DNA from: a bacterium
GTDB taxonomy: Bacteria > SAR324 > NAC60-12
DNA: 64,000 bases
NCBI GenBank assembly: GCA_965233585.1
Contig: CBDDTI010000747.1
Span: forward strand, 512,001-576,000
Reading direction: 5' to 3'
The first letter of the stretch is position 1, and each line of letters starts with the position of its first letter. Below the pieces are notes generated by a model. That model was not told the DNA's origin, did no database searches, and saw nothing but the letters and a program-made list of their open reading frames with translations. A program made the position numbers and the translations under genes. Positions 19,418 to 30,231 of this stretch are shown piece after piece.

Positions 19418-20410
19418 ATGAAGATTTTGATGAGTCGCCATGACAAGCTGGGTGATTTTGTCTTAGCATTACCTGCTTTTTACGTGCTTCGTCAGGCGTT
19501 CCCTGAAGACTCTCTGACTGCTTGTGTCTCACCTGTTAATCAAGGCTTTGCTTCTTCGCTGGCTTCGCTGGGTTGGTTCAATCATGTCATGGTGTTTGAC
19601 CCATCAAAGCTGTCGCAATTCAGACAGCAGTTGCGAGAAGCCCAATTTGACGTTGCTCTTGCTTTATTTGCTGATTTGCCTTTAACTTATGCTTTGTTCA
19701 TGGAAGGCATTCCCAAACGGATTGCCCCTGCAACGAAGTTGGCACAGCTTTTTGCTAACCATAGAATCACCCAAAGACGTTCACGTTGCACCCAAACAGA
19801 ATGGGAGTATAATTTGGATTTGTTAAAAGCCCTTGACGTTCATCATTTTGATTTTCCACGCCCTTTGGTGTATTTTTCCAAACAAGAGGTTTCTGAAAAC
19901 TTTGCAAAATTTTGCACACGTTATCAAATCTCTGAAGGTTCAAAAGTGATTGTGTTGCACCCCGGCAGTGGGGGTTCTGCTAAAGTGAACTTGACGTTGG
20001 AAGAGTACATTGACCTTGCTTTGCATCTGAAAAACACAAAACAAGCGATGCCTGTTTTTTCGTTTGGTCCTGATGAAGGCGTCCTTTTGCAAAAAATGCA
20101 AGCACACCCTTTGGCAAAGCAACTGCCTGTTTATATGGCAACAGAAGGAGTGCTTGCAGACGTCAAATTTTTCAGTGCCATAGACCTTTTAATCTCTAAT
20201 TCAACAGGAGTCAGCCACCTTGCAGGTTTGGCAAATACTCAAACTTTGACTATCTTTGACCCAAGTGTGCCTCCTGCCAGATGGCAACCCATTTCAGAAC
20301 CTTCTAAACAACATCATTTGACAGTACACCCCAAAGAACAACAATTTTTTTTGAAAGAGAAACTCATCCCTTATCTTGATTCATTACTCACCAAAAAAGA
20401 CATTCACTAA
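19418..20410 (+). CDS. Glycosyltransferase family 9 (LPS heptosyltransferase-like)
   Basis: RHDKLGDFVLALP, LHPGSGGS, ISNSTGVSHLA. Confidence 0.9.
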   Translation: MKILMSRHDKLGDFVLALPAFYVLRQAFPEDSLTACVSPVNQGFASSLASLGWFNHVMVFDPSKLSQFRQQLREAQFDVALALFADLPLTYALFMEGIPKRIAPATKLAQLFANHRITQRRSRCTQTEWEYNLDLLKALDVHHFDFPRPLVYFSKQEVSENFAKFCTRYQISEGSKVIVLHPGSGGSAKVNLTLEEYIDLALHLKNTKQAMPVFSFGPDEGVLLQKMQAHPLAKQLPVYMATEGVLADVKFFSAIDLLISNSTGVSHLAGLANTQTLTIFDPSVPPARWQPISEPSKQHHLTVHPKEQQFFLKEKLIPYLDSLLTKKDIH

Positions 20411-20413
20411 AAT

Positions 20414-21697
20414 ATGGAAGACAAAGAGGAAGCTGAGATTTTAAATGAGGACAAGTTTGGTCCTTCAGGATTTGCAAACACAGACCCTAAGAATGGATTG
20501 CGTGGCATTAAAATCCGTGCAGACAACATCGGCAACGTCCCGGGAACGGTGGAACATTGGGCAGAAGACATTAAAAATCGTAAAAAAGACATTTTGGACA
20601 TTCAGAACATGAATTTTCTGAATCGTGCGATTTACATTGTCAAAAGGAGTTCTTCTAGTGAAGAGACCAACGGGCTGGAAGTGGCAAGGCATCACCCTAC
20701 CAAAAAAACAGAAGACTTTGTCCGTACTCTCAAACGGACGCCCGGGGACTCATTCGCCAGACTTGGCTTGGTCTCTGCGATTGGTAAGGCAACACGTGAT
20801 TTTCCTGTGGAACTTTACCGAAGTCTTTTTTTACAAGCGATGACGGCTTGTTCTTTGTCAGAAGTCAGCTTGCAAGGCTTGCAAGTGGCAGTGTGGTCTC
20901 AAAACCTTTATTTTTCTAAATTATCAGAAAAGCTGCGTGCGTCTTACGAACAGCTGGAGAAGATTTTGGACTCGCCAAGTTCGCAAGGGTCAGGTGGCTA
21001 TGCTGAGCAAAGGAAATCGTTGCAGGAACGTCTCTTTAACATCAAAAAGAACATGCAAATCATTCGCGCGTATCAAGCTCATGCCAACAAAGGGATTCAA
21101 GAGACCAATGCCAATGCCACTTTGACCATGAAAGAGATACGTCAAGCATACGTTGGAGTGACTGAGACAGAAGAGACAGAAGATGCTAAAGACCGCATTG
21201 TCAAAAAAATGGTGGCGATGGTGAGTTCCATCAGATACGTTCTGCTTCTGCATGAGGTGGGGAATGAGTACGTTGACCTGTTCATTCAAGTAGAACCCAA
21301 TTCTCCTATTGGCTATTTTTTAAAAGGCAGATTAGGCATGAGCCGCATGATTTTTATTGTGGGTCGTTTTGAAAATGGACAGAGGGACAAGAACACCAAA
21401 AAAGAGATTCAAGATGCTTTCAAAGAGGCACACCACCACTACGGGCATGCTGTGGGCAAAGCTAGTTCTCTTGGCAAGGGGGACATTTACAAAGCCATCA
21501 TGTTTGAATATGCCAATACGATTCTTTATTTTTATCGGATTGCTGATTCTCTTTTGAAAATTACGCTTCCGCAAAAATGGAGGCATGCCGTGCTACAAAA
21601 GGCTCAAAAATCGCTGATGACTATTCAAGAATATCCAAGAGCGCAATCGTTGATAGAAGAATTGAGTCGTTCCATGGACAATGAAGGTATTCTTTAG
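20414..21697 (+). CDS. Hypothetical alpha-helical (TPR-like) protein
   Basis: 427-aa ORF within a co-directional gene run; no recognised motif. Confidence 0.6.
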   Translation: MEDKEEAEILNEDKFGPSGFANTDPKNGLRGIKIRADNIGNVPGTVEHWAEDIKNRKKDILDIQNMNFLNRAIYIVKRSSSSEETNGLEVARHHPTKKTEDFVRTLKRTPGDSFARLGLVSAIGKATRDFPVELYRSLFLQAMTACSLSEVSLQGLQVAVWSQNLYFSKLSEKLRASYEQLEKILDSPSSQGSGGYAEQRKSLQERLFNIKKNMQIIRAYQAHANKGIQETNANATLTMKEIRQAYVGVTETEETEDAKDRIVKKMVAMVSSIRYVLLLHEVGNEYVDLFIQVEPNSPIGYFLKGRLGMSRMIFIVGRFENGQRDKNTKKEIQDAFKEAHHHYGHAVGKASSLGKGDIYKAIMFEYANTILYFYRIADSLLKITLPQKWRHAVLQKAQKSLMTIQEYPRAQSLIEELSRSMDNEGIL

Positions 21698-21709
21698 TCT
21701 TTTGAAGTT

Positions 21710-22489
21710 TTGAAAACGCCTAAATATTCCTTGTTGGCAACGCCAAGCATAGGGCTTTCTTATTTTGCTGTACAACTGTTGACGCAAAATCTGCCCCTTG
21801 ATGCAGGACTTGAAGAAATGGCTCAAGTCTTTCTGATTGGCTCATTCTTGGCAATGGCAGTCCGTCCTTTAATCCAAAATGTGTATTGGAGTCTTTTTGC
21901 TAGGGTTTTCATTTTTTCTCTGGTCTTAGTGGCACTGGGTCCGCTGGTGTCATGGACACAAGGCTACATTTTGGGATTCAGTACTCCTTGGCAACTTTGG
22001 AAGTGGTTGTTTGTAGATTCCCTTTCTACTTTGGCAGTTCTTACATCGTCTGCTTTGATTTTTAGACCGCAACGTGAGTCTTTCACAGTGGTGATGTTGT
22101 TGAAAAAACTGGTTCATCATTGTCAAATTGGTCATGCTGTTCACTTTGGTCTTTCAATGGCGTTTTATTGCTGGCTTGTGTTCATCGTGGCAGAGTTTTT
22201 GCCAATTCAATATGTCGTCTCTTCCCTCGTTTTAAAGTCGTTTGTCATCACCTTCATTGTGAGCATTTTTGGCAAATTATTTGGGTCAAATGAGACAACG
22301 TTTGAGACGTCTGTGGCACTTGGAATTTTAATTTTTGTGATAGGCGATGCGGTCCCTGCTTTGCGTCATTTGGAGTTTAATTGGTCAAAAACATTTGGGC
22401 AACTTCTGCCAATGCTTTTGATTAATTTCATTTTTTGCTACACTGTCTTGGTTTTTTCCAAAAAATCCTTTTTTTCAAGAAAGGATTGA
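21710..22489 (+). CDS. Hypothetical membrane protein
   Basis: About 8 hydrophobic segments. Confidence 0.6.
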   Translation: MKTPKYSLLATPSIGLSYFAVQLLTQNLPLDAGLEEMAQVFLIGSFLAMAVRPLIQNVYWSLFARVFIFSLVLVALGPLVSWTQGYILGFSTPWQLWKWLFVDSLSTLAVLTSSALIFRPQRESFTVVMLLKKLVHHCQIGHAVHFGLSMAFYCWLVFIVAEFLPIQYVVSSLVLKSFVITFIVSIFGKLFGSNETTFETSVALGILIFVIGDAVPALRHLEFNWSKTFGQLLPMLLINFIFCYTVLVFSKKSFFSRKD

Positions 22490-22520
22490 CCAACTTAATC
22501 ATTTTATTTCAAGAGGTACT

Positions 22521-22772
22521 TTGACCCAACAATCAAACAAAGAAGATAAAATCACCTTGGACGGAAAAGTCGTGGATTCCTCAAAAGGAATTTTTCGTAT
22601 AGAACTGGACAACGGGCATGTCATTACGGGGCGGCTTTCAGGCAAGATGAAGATGCACAAAATTCGTGTCATGGTGGGTGATGTTGTCAAGGTAGAAGTC
22701 TCTACTTATGACCTCAACCGCGGACGCATTATCCAGCGAGAAAAACTCTCAAACACTTCCAAAAAGCCATAA
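22521..22772 (+). CDS. infA: Translation initiation factor IF-1
   Basis: FRIELDNGH, SGKMKMHKIRVMVGDVVKVEVSTYDLNRGRII; RBS GAGG before a TTG start. Confidence 0.95.
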   Translation: MTQQSNKEDKITLDGKVVDSSKGIFRIELDNGHVITGRLSGKMKMHKIRVMVGDVVKVEVSTYDLNRGRIIQREKLSNTSKKP

Positions 22773-22776
22773 ATTC

Positions 22777-23814
22777 ATGGGCATTCCATTCATTGAGTAT
22801 CTTTCTGATGACATTGCCATTGATTTAGGCACGGCAAACACGCTTGTCTTTGTGAGGAACAAAGGGATTGTGATTAGAGAGCCTTCTGTGGTGGCAGTGA
22901 AGCAAGACCGTTTTGGGCAAAAAAAGATTCTGGCAGTGGGAGATGAAGCGAAGGTCATGTTAGGCAGGACGCCGGGAAGCATCTTTGCTGTGAGACCCAT
23001 GAAAGATGGAGTGATTTCTGATTTTGCAGTGGCAGAAGAGATGTTGCGTTACTTCATCAATCGTGTCACAGCGAAGAGTTTTTTAAAGATGCGTCCTAGA
23101 ATTGTGATTGCTGTCCCTTCTGGCATTACACAAGTTGAAAAGCGTGCCGTTTGTGAGTCAGCCAAGTCAGCAGGGGCTAAGGAGGTGTATCTGGTAGAAG
23201 AGCCAATGGCAGCAGCGATTGGGGCAGGGTTGCCTATTATGAGTCCAAGCGGGAACATGGTGGTTGACATTGGAGGCGGCACAACAGAAGTGGCAGTCAT
23301 CTCATTAGCAGGCATCGTTTATAGCGACTCTACAAGAGTTGGAGGCGATAAGATTGACGAAACCATCATTCAGTATGTCAAACAAAAATATAACATTCTC
23401 ATCGGAGAACGCACCGCAGAAGATATTAAGATGCAAATTGGTTCTGCATACCCCTTGCCTGAAACCCGCACGATTGACGTGAAAGGTCGTGATTTAGTAA
23501 CAGGGATTCCTAAAGTCAAGGAATTGAATGACATGGAAATCCGCAAAGCCATTGCAGATGTTTGTGAGACCATCGTCCATGCTGTGCATACGGCATTGGA
23601 AAAAACACCCCCTGAATTAGCTGCGGATTTGGTGGACAAAGGCGTGATTCTCGCCGGTGGGGGTTCTATGCTGTCAGGTCTTGATATTCTGATGAGAGAA
23701 CGCACAGGACTTCCTGTGTCTCATGCAGACGACCCCTTAACTAGCGTTGCGATTGGAACAGGTCGGATCTTAGACTCTATGGAGATTTTAGAGTCTATTG
23801 CATTTACTCAATGA
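22777..23814 (+). CDS. mreB: Rod shape-determining actin-like MreB
   Basis: IDLGTANT, EEPMAAAIGAG, DIGGGTTE; likely start at ATG 22777. Confidence 0.97.
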   Translation: MGIPFIEYLSDDIAIDLGTANTLVFVRNKGIVIREPSVVAVKQDRFGQKKILAVGDEAKVMLGRTPGSIFAVRPMKDGVISDFAVAEEMLRYFINRVTAKSFLKMRPRIVIAVPSGITQVEKRAVCESAKSAGAKEVYLVEEPMAAAIGAGLPIMSPSGNMVVDIGGGTTEVAVISLAGIVYSDSTRVGGDKIDETIIQYVKQKYNILIGERTAEDIKMQIGSAYPLPETRTIDVKGRDLVTGIPKVKELNDMEIRKAIADVCETIVHAVHTALEKTPPELAADLVDKGVILAGGGSMLSGLDILMRERTGLPVSHADDPLTSVAIGTGRILDSMEILESIAFTQ

Positions 23815-25595
23815 GCGTTCAAATGGAATTTGTGAGGAATCCTATACGTTCAGAAGTCTGTGCTTTGGTGAGTCAGGCGATTGAATCAAAGTATGGAGAA
23901 TTTTTTGAGAATTTGGAGGAATGGCTTGAAACTCCCCCCTCTGAGGAGATGGGAGACTATGCGTTCCCATGCTTCAGACTTGCCAAAACCTTACGTCAAG
24001 CACCTGCTAAAATTGCAGAATCATTGCAAGAGGTCATTCAATCTCAGCTAGGGCAGGCTCATTTCATCAAAGCAGTTTCTCAAGAAGGGGGATACTTAAA
24101 TTTGACTTGCAACCCTGTCTCTATTGCTCAAAGCCTTTTACCCTCCATCTTGAGCGGGCATTTTTTTACAATCAACTCGTCAACCTCACGTGAACGTGTG
24201 ATGATTGAATACTCACAGCCCAACACTCACAAAGGCTTTCATGTGGGACATATGCGGAATGTAGCACTTGGCAACAGCTTGTGCAAACTCTACGTTTACA
24301 ATGGGTATCAGGTCAAAGGAGTCAATTACATTGGAGACGTTGGGACTCACATTGCCAAATGCCTTTGGTTTTATCTGGACAATCTTCATCAAACACCACC
24401 TGAAACCTTCAAAGGACAATGGCTTGGCGGTCTTTACACGCAAGCAGTGCAAAAGCTGTCAGAGTTACAAGGAGAAGAAAAAGCCAAAGCCAACGAACGT
24501 ATCAGTCATCTTTTAAAAGACCTTGACAATCCAGAGAGTGAAGTTTATCAAATTTGGCAAAAAACAAGGCAATGGTCGTTAGATGATTTTGATGCCATTT
24601 ACAAATGGCTTGATGTGCAGTTTGATGAATGTTTTTATGAATCGGAGGTGGAAAAGCTGGGCAAAGAGCTTGTCCTTGAGGGCTTAGAGCAAGGAGTGTT
24701 TGAATATTCAGAGGGTGCGGTTGGAATCAACCTTGACGAAGATTCTGAACAAAATCTTGGTTTTTTTCTACTGCTCAAGTCTGATGGCAATTCTCTTTAC
24801 TCCACCAAAGACCTTGCACTTGCCAAAAAAAAATTCTCACAATACCAAATTGAACGTTCCATTTATGTTGTCGGGGCAGAGCAGACGCTTTACTTTCAGC
24901 AAATGTTTGCAACTCTTCGCAAAATGGGATACCCCCAAGCTCAGCAATGCTTTCACCTGCCTTATGGATTAGTCACATTGCCTGCTGGCAAAATGAGTTC
25001 ACGGGAGGGAACGGTCATTCTGTTTTCTCAATTACAAGAAGAGATGGAGCAATATGTTTATGAGCATTATTTGTCAGAGTATCAAGGAATTTGGGAGGAT
25101 TCAGAGATTCAGGAGACGTCAAGACTTGTCGCCTCTGCTTCAGTCAAGTATGGCATGTTGAATCAAGCCCCCAATAAGTTGATTGTGTTTTCTATGGAAG
25201 ACTGGCTTCGTTCTGAAGGAGAGACGGGAAGTTACTTAATTTACACTTATGTCAGAATCCAGAGCATTTTGCGTAAAGTTGCCCCAGTGTCTTTGAACCA
25301 AGATGAAGACATTTTTTCACATCTCACTCATGTCCATGAGCAGTCTCTCATTCGCAAACTTTCTCTTTTCAATGAAGTTGTTTTTTCTGCTGGCGAGACA
25401 TTCAGACCTTCACTTCTGGCACGTTATCTTTTTGAAACTGCCAAAAAATTCAATCGTGCATACCAAACATGTCCTGTCCAAAATGCAGAAAACGTCAAAA
25501 CTCAACAAGCGAGAATTTTGCTATTTGATGCAGTGGGAAAAGTGTTGAGGCAAGGATTGTTGTTGTTGGGAATCACACCACCTGAAAGAATGTAA
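23811..25595 (+). CDS. argS: Arginine--tRNA ligase
   Basis: EYSQPNTHKGFHVGHMRN (HIGH), KMSSR, C-terminal LGITPPERM. Confidence 0.97.
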   Translation: MSVQMEFVRNPIRSEVCALVSQAIESKYGEFFENLEEWLETPPSEEMGDYAFPCFRLAKTLRQAPAKIAESLQEVIQSQLGQAHFIKAVSQEGGYLNLTCNPVSIAQSLLPSILSGHFFTINSSTSRERVMIEYSQPNTHKGFHVGHMRNVALGNSLCKLYVYNGYQVKGVNYIGDVGTHIAKCLWFYLDNLHQTPPETFKGQWLGGLYTQAVQKLSELQGEEKAKANERISHLLKDLDNPESEVYQIWQKTRQWSLDDFDAIYKWLDVQFDECFYESEVEKLGKELVLEGLEQGVFEYSEGAVGINLDEDSEQNLGFFLLLKSDGNSLYSTKDLALAKKKFSQYQIERSIYVVGAEQTLYFQQMFATLRKMGYPQAQQCFHLPYGLVTLPAGKMSSREGTVILFSQLQEEMEQYVYEHYLSEYQGIWEDSEIQETSRLVASASVKYGMLNQAPNKLIVFSMEDWLRSEGETGSYLIYTYVRIQSILRKVAPVSLNQDEDIFSHLTHVHEQSLIRKLSLFNEVVFSAGETFRPSLLARYLFETAKKFNRAYQTCPVQNAENVKTQQARILLFDAVGKVLRQGLLLLGITPPERM

Positions 25596-25670
25596 TTGTC
25601 CAAAGGTAGTTGTGCAAAGCAGGCTTGGCACAAAAGCATTGCACTTTTGTACCAAAAGGAGGGGAGGAAG

Positions 25671-25946
25671 TTAGCCTTTGATCGCTTCTTTGAGCTTGCT
25701 ACCAGCGCTAAACTTCACACTTTTAGATTCAGGAATGTTAATGGGTTCTCCTGTGCGGGGATTCCTTCCTGTGCGTGCGGCACGCGTTGTGATGGAAAAT
25801 GTTCCGAAACCAATTAGAGGAATGGTTTCTCCTTTGGCGAGAGACTCTTGAATGACTTCAAGAGTGGCGTTGACACAGGCTTCTGTCTCAGACTTGGTTT
25901 GATTCGTTTTCTTTGCAATTTCTGCAACAAATTGTGATTTATTCAT
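25671..25946 (-). CDS. hup: DNA-binding protein HU
   Basis: MNKSQFV, LIGFGTF, RTGRNPRTGE. Confidence 0.95.
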   Translation of the reverse strand: MNKSQFVAEIAKKTNQTKSETEACVNATLEVIQESLAKGETIPLIGFGTFSITTRAARTGRNPRTGEPINIPESKSVKFSAGSKLKEAIKG

Positions 25947-26015
25947 AGGATTGACTTCAATAAAAGTAGGTTAGTAAAAAATGCCAATGATTTCAGCAAC
26001 ATTGACAGCAGGAGC

Positions 26016-27218
26016 TTGAAAGCCCTTAAAAATGATATGGACTCTACTCATAAGCTACACTACAAGGCATCTATTCTTCACTCATTCATTCGTTTTTTCA
26101 ATAGTTTTTATAGCATTGTTGGAATTGTTTTTATTTTACACATTGCAGTCTTACTTTTCTTTCTCCTTAATCACCCCCCGACAAAGCCCACTATTTCAAC
26201 GCCCCAACGCATACAAGTTGCTGTCATTCTTGCGACTCCGAAACAGTCTAGTCAACCAAAATCTACTGTCAAGCCAAAAAAAGCTAAAAAACCCAAAAAA
26301 CCCAAAAAAGTTGAAAAACCAAAAAAAGTTGAAATCAAGAACAAGCCCCAAAACATCGTCAAGCCCCCACCTGTTCCACCAAAAGCCAAGCCCCTCGTGC
26401 CACGTCCTCCCAAAAACTTGAGTTTTGCCAAACCCACCCTAAACCCCAAGCCTCAAGTGCCTCTTGGAACGGTGTCAAAACTGACTAGTCAACCGTTGAA
26501 TCGTGGAAACTTCTCATCATCAAGGAAATTAAAGCCTGATTCTAACGCCACTCGTTTGGTTGAAAAAAAACTACGTAAAACACGCATTGATTCAAATTTT
26601 TCGCAACCGACCACCAAAACCAAAACAACACCCAGCCTTGCTAAGAGTCTCAATAGTCTCAATCCACAAGCTCCTGAGACACTCCCGCAAATTCAAACAC
26701 AAGAATCCACCAAAACAAACATTGTTCCTTTGGAAAAAACATTGACTCCAGTAGAAAAAGCATCGCTTTCCATTCCATCAGCTTCACAAACGGTTGCTTC
26801 TCACACAGATTTTAAAATTGAATTTCCCAAAATCCAGACGTCTCCAACACTTCCACAAGTTCCGATTGAAACTGAAGACACGCAAACAGAAGAAGTCCAA
26901 ACGTCGCCACAGTCCAATGCAGGGCAACCAAACACTGAGCAGTTGAGTACAGAAAAGTTGGCATACAATCAAGCCATTGCCAATCAAATCCGTTTAGTTG
27001 CCCCACAAACTTTTGAGTCTGATTTGGTGATGCGTGTCAAATTGGTCATAGGTTTGCAAGGAGAGTTGCAGGAGTTGGAAGAACTTCGTTCTAGCGGGAA
27101 TGCCAGCTTTGACCTTGTGGCACGCAATGCACTGAAAAAAGCAACATTTCCTCCTTTGAGCGAAGCCCTTGCACAGAATCCACCTTACATTGTCATTGTT
27201 AACATTTCTCCCAAATAA
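26016..27218 (+). CDS. TolA/TonB-like energy transducer
   Basis: N-terminal TM anchor, K/P-rich linker, C-terminal RSSGNASFDLVARNAL; directly upstream of tolB. Confidence 0.75.
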   Translation: MKALKNDMDSTHKLHYKASILHSFIRFFNSFYSIVGIVFILHIAVLLFFLLNHPPTKPTISTPQRIQVAVILATPKQSSQPKSTVKPKKAKKPKKPKKVEKPKKVEIKNKPQNIVKPPPVPPKAKPLVPRPPKNLSFAKPTLNPKPQVPLGTVSKLTSQPLNRGNFSSSRKLKPDSNATRLVEKKLRKTRIDSNFSQPTTKTKTTPSLAKSLNSLNPQAPETLPQIQTQESTKTNIVPLEKTLTPVEKASLSIPSASQTVASHTDFKIEFPKIQTSPTLPQVPIETEDTQTEEVQTSPQSNAGQPNTEQLSTEKLAYNQAIANQIRLVAPQTFESDLVMRVKLVIGLQGELQELEELRSSGNASFDLVARNALKKATFPPLSEALAQNPPYIVIVNISPK

Positions 27219-27219
27219 A

Positions 27220-28458
27220 ATGCTTATGAAACTTATTTTGCCACTGCTTTTGTCGTTCATCGTTTCGGTTCATTTTGTTCATGCACAAACTTATTCTGAT
27301 GATGAAATCACAATAAGGGACATGAACTTTGCCAGATTTAGCATTGCGTTGGAAGAGTCTGAATCTATCAAGCAGAATTTACAAGGATACCGCTACATTG
27401 CCATTTTGAAAAAAAATCTATGTTGGAGTGGCGTCTTTGTGGTGTATTCCCAACAAAGAGGAACTTATTGTTCCTCAAAAAAATCCCCAGACTTCACTTT
27501 GCAAGTTGGAATTGATGAGGAAGCTAAGTTGGTGATTGAGCTTAAAAATGCCCTGACGCCTTTTCAAAGGAGGCTTGTCATCAATGAACAAGAAATTATG
27601 AATGCCATCAATCAATTAGTGGAGTCTGTCACAGGCACATCAGGGGTTTTAGGTTCTACTCTGGCTTTCACTTTTAAACAACCTAAACGTAAAAAGATTA
27701 TTGCCAGAATCAACACGCATGGCAGAGGATTGGCTCGCATTTCTAAAAACCAAGCGATTAACATTGCTCCGAGATGGTCTCCTCAGGGAGATGCCATTGT
27801 TTATACTGCCTTGGGTCAAAGAAAAAATACGTTGGTTTATAACAGTTTAGAAACGCCAGAGACGACTTTGGGAGAATATCGCGGAATCAATAGCGGTGGG
27901 ACGTGGTCTCCAGACCAGAGTCATTTGATTTTGAATTTGAGCAAAGATGGGAATCCAGAACTTTATCAATTCAACATCTCCCAAAAATCGCTGCTGCGTT
28001 TGACGTTTCATTCTTCTATTGAAGCCTCGCCTGCACTTTCGCCTGATGGGAAATATTTGTTATTTGTCTCAGACAGAGGCGGGAGTGAACAGATTTATTT
28101 GATGTATCTACAAACAAGGGAGACTTTCCGCATCACCTTCACAGGTCAACGCAATGCTGACCCTAAATGGCATCCAAACGGCAGGCTTTTAGCTCTCACT
28201 AAAACAGTGATGGGATACGATCAAATTTATGTGATGGACATTTTTGGTGAAATGTCTCGGCAGATTACGAAAGGGAGGTCTCATTCTGAACAACCTGCAT
28301 GGTCTCCTGATGGCAGAATGCTGGCATTCTCCTCCAACAAATCAGGAACATACAAACTCTACATCACACCACTTGATGGCAAAGACAGGAGGCGCATCAC
28401 GGACACCCCTAGATTTTTTGAAGAAAAGTCTCCTTCTTGGACTCAAAGACAATTTTAA
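27220..28458 (+). CDS. tolB: Tol-Pal beta-propeller protein TolB
   Basis: Signal peptide, PD40 repeats (PRWSPQG, WSPD, FVSDRGG, PAWSPDG). Confidence 0.85.
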   Translation: MLMKLILPLLLSFIVSVHFVHAQTYSDDEITIRDMNFARFSIALEESESIKQNLQGYRYIAILKKNLCWSGVFVVYSQQRGTYCSSKKSPDFTLQVGIDEEAKLVIELKNALTPFQRRLVINEQEIMNAINQLVESVTGTSGVLGSTLAFTFKQPKRKKIIARINTHGRGLARISKNQAINIAPRWSPQGDAIVYTALGQRKNTLVYNSLETPETTLGEYRGINSGGTWSPDQSHLILNLSKDGNPELYQFNISQKSLLRLTFHSSIEASPALSPDGKYLLFVSDRGGSEQIYLMYLQTRETFRITFTGQRNADPKWHPNGRLLALTKTVMGYDQIYVMDIFGEMSRQITKGRSHSEQPAWSPDGRMLAFSSNKSGTYKLYITPLDGKDRRRITDTPRFFEEKSPSWTQRQF

Positions 28459-28491
28459 ACTTGCTTTTAGCAAACTCTCAAAAGACTGAAA

Positions 28492-29415
28492 TCAGGAGTT
28501 TTGCAAGGTATTGGATAAAGCATTGAGCAGATTATGGACGGCATGGCGAGTGACCTTGTCAAAACTTTGCTGTGTTGAACCTGCAATGTGGCTAGTTGTG
28601 ATGCAATGTGGATGTTGGATTAAGTCAGAGGTGGCAGGTGGTTCTTGTTCATAAACATCAGTGGCATAACATGCCAGTTTTCCAGACTTGAGGGCATCTA
28701 GCACAGCATCAGGGTCAACAAGCTGAGCGCGAGCAGTATTGATTAAGACAGTGCCTTGTTTCATGTTTTGTAGAGCTTCTTGGTCAATCAAAGTTTTGGT
28801 CAAAGCAGGACAGTGCAGAGAAATCAAATCAGACTTCTCCAAAAGAGTCTTCAAAGGAACATGTTGATATTGACAATTTTCAAGAAAAGGGTCACAGACC
28901 AAGACATGAGCATTTAAGACAGAGGCGATGTGAGCCAAATGAGAACCAATATTGCCATAGCCAATGACTCCAACTGTTTTGCCTGCAAATTCCTGTCCCT
29001 TCGGTCTTTCCCAACGCCCTGCTTTGATTCCTGCACAAATCATCGGAATCTGTCTTAATGCAGAAAACATCAATCCGATAGCGAGTTCTGCAACAGATTG
29101 TGCTAAAACTCCCTCTACGCGCAAGACTGGAATGTTTCTTTGTTGTAATTCTTGCAAAGGAAGATTATCTATGCCAACTCCGTTACGGCTGATGGCACGA
29201 AGTTTTTTAGCGCTGGCAATCACCTGAGGAGAGACTGGCTCTACTCCTGCAAGCCAGCCTACACAGTCTGGAATAAGTTGCAACAGTTCTTCTGTGGAGG
29301 GTGTTCGTCCTTTGGTGCAGTAAAGGACTTCATAGCCTGCTTGGGTGAAAAGGCTCAAGGATTCATGTCCTTCAGCAGTCAAAGAACGTGGGGTGATGAG
29401 TATTTTTTGTGACAT
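28492..29415 (-). CDS. D-isomer 2-hydroxyacid/phosphoglycerate dehydrogenase family
   Basis: GVGIDN, GVIGYGNIG, LINTARA, DVYEQEP, SHIAG. Confidence 0.9.
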   Translation of the reverse strand: MSQKILITPRSLTAEGHESLSLFTQAGYEVLYCTKGRTPSTEELLQLIPDCVGWLAGVEPVSPQVIASAKKLRAISRNGVGIDNLPLQELQQRNIPVLRVEGVLAQSVAELAIGLMFSALRQIPMICAGIKAGRWERPKGQEFAGKTVGVIGYGNIGSHLAHIASVLNAHVLVCDPFLENCQYQHVPLKTLLEKSDLISLHCPALTKTLIDQEALQNMKQGTVLINTARAQLVDPDAVLDALKSGKLACYATDVYEQEPPATSDLIQHPHCITTSHIAGSTQQSFDKVTRHAVHNLLNALSNTLQNS

Positions 29416-29430
29416 TTTTTAAATGACTCC

Positions 29431-30210
29431 TTATGACTCTTTCTGTGATTGCGATTGTTTGTAAACAATCCGTTCTAGGATTTCTTTGCAAAGTGCTTCA
29501 TACATGAACGCCCCTTTGGTTTTGCCCCCTTTGTAGTCAAAAATACTTTGATGAAACGCAGGGGCTTCTTGAATAGAAACAGAGTCTTCAATCATACTTT
29601 GAAACAGGAGATGAGACCACCGATTTTGAAGTTCTTGAAGCACCGTTTTGGCAATGTTGGTACGATGATTGATTCTGGTAATGGCAATGCCTAAAATCTC
29701 TGCATGGCATGCACCGCATGAGTCTTGTTTTAACCCTTCAATGTATGCCATCGCTTGGTCGCAACCGCTGTATCCAAGATAGTCTGTGACAATGGGAATG
29801 ATGACATAATCTACATACATGAGGATATTTTCATTGATTTCATTCCAGCTGGGTGCGCAGTCAAAAATGACAAAATTCTGTGAAAGGTTTTGGCAAAGTT
29901 TTTTCAAGATTGTTTCACGGAATCTGGAGGCGCTGATGTAACGTGAGGCTTCTGGTAACAACTTTCCCCCTGATGGCAAAAAGTCAAAATTTTGAGAAAG
30001 TTGAACAAATTCAAATTCTTCCACATGCCCTAAAATTAAGTTGGCAAGATTAGAGACGTGGTCTCTTTGAAACACTGTGGTAATGTTTGCTTGCACGTCA
30101 GAGTCAATGAGTAAGACGCTTCTACCTGCTTTGGCAATTCGGTCAGCAAGGCTGATGGCAAGAGCTGTTTTGCCTTGACCTCCTTTCATAGTCATAATTG
30201 CGATTTTCAT
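29431..30210 (-). CDS. ParA/Soj family ATPase
   Basis: KGGQGKT deviant Walker A, IDSDVQAN, FDCAPS. Confidence 0.9.
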   Translation of the reverse strand: MKIAIMTMKGGQGKTALAISLADRIAKAGRSVLLIDSDVQANITTVFQRDHVSNLANLILGHVEEFEFVQLSQNFDFLPSGGKLLPEASRYISASRFRETILKKLCQNLSQNFVIFDCAPSWNEINENILMYVDYVIIPIVTDYLGYSGCDQAMAYIEGLKQDSCGACHAEILGIAITRINHRTNIAKTVLQELQNRWSHLLFQSMIEDSVSIQEAPAFHQSIFDYKGGKTKGAFMYEALCKEILERIVYKQSQSQKES

Positions 30211-30231
30211 ATCGTTCTTTTGGGAATCACT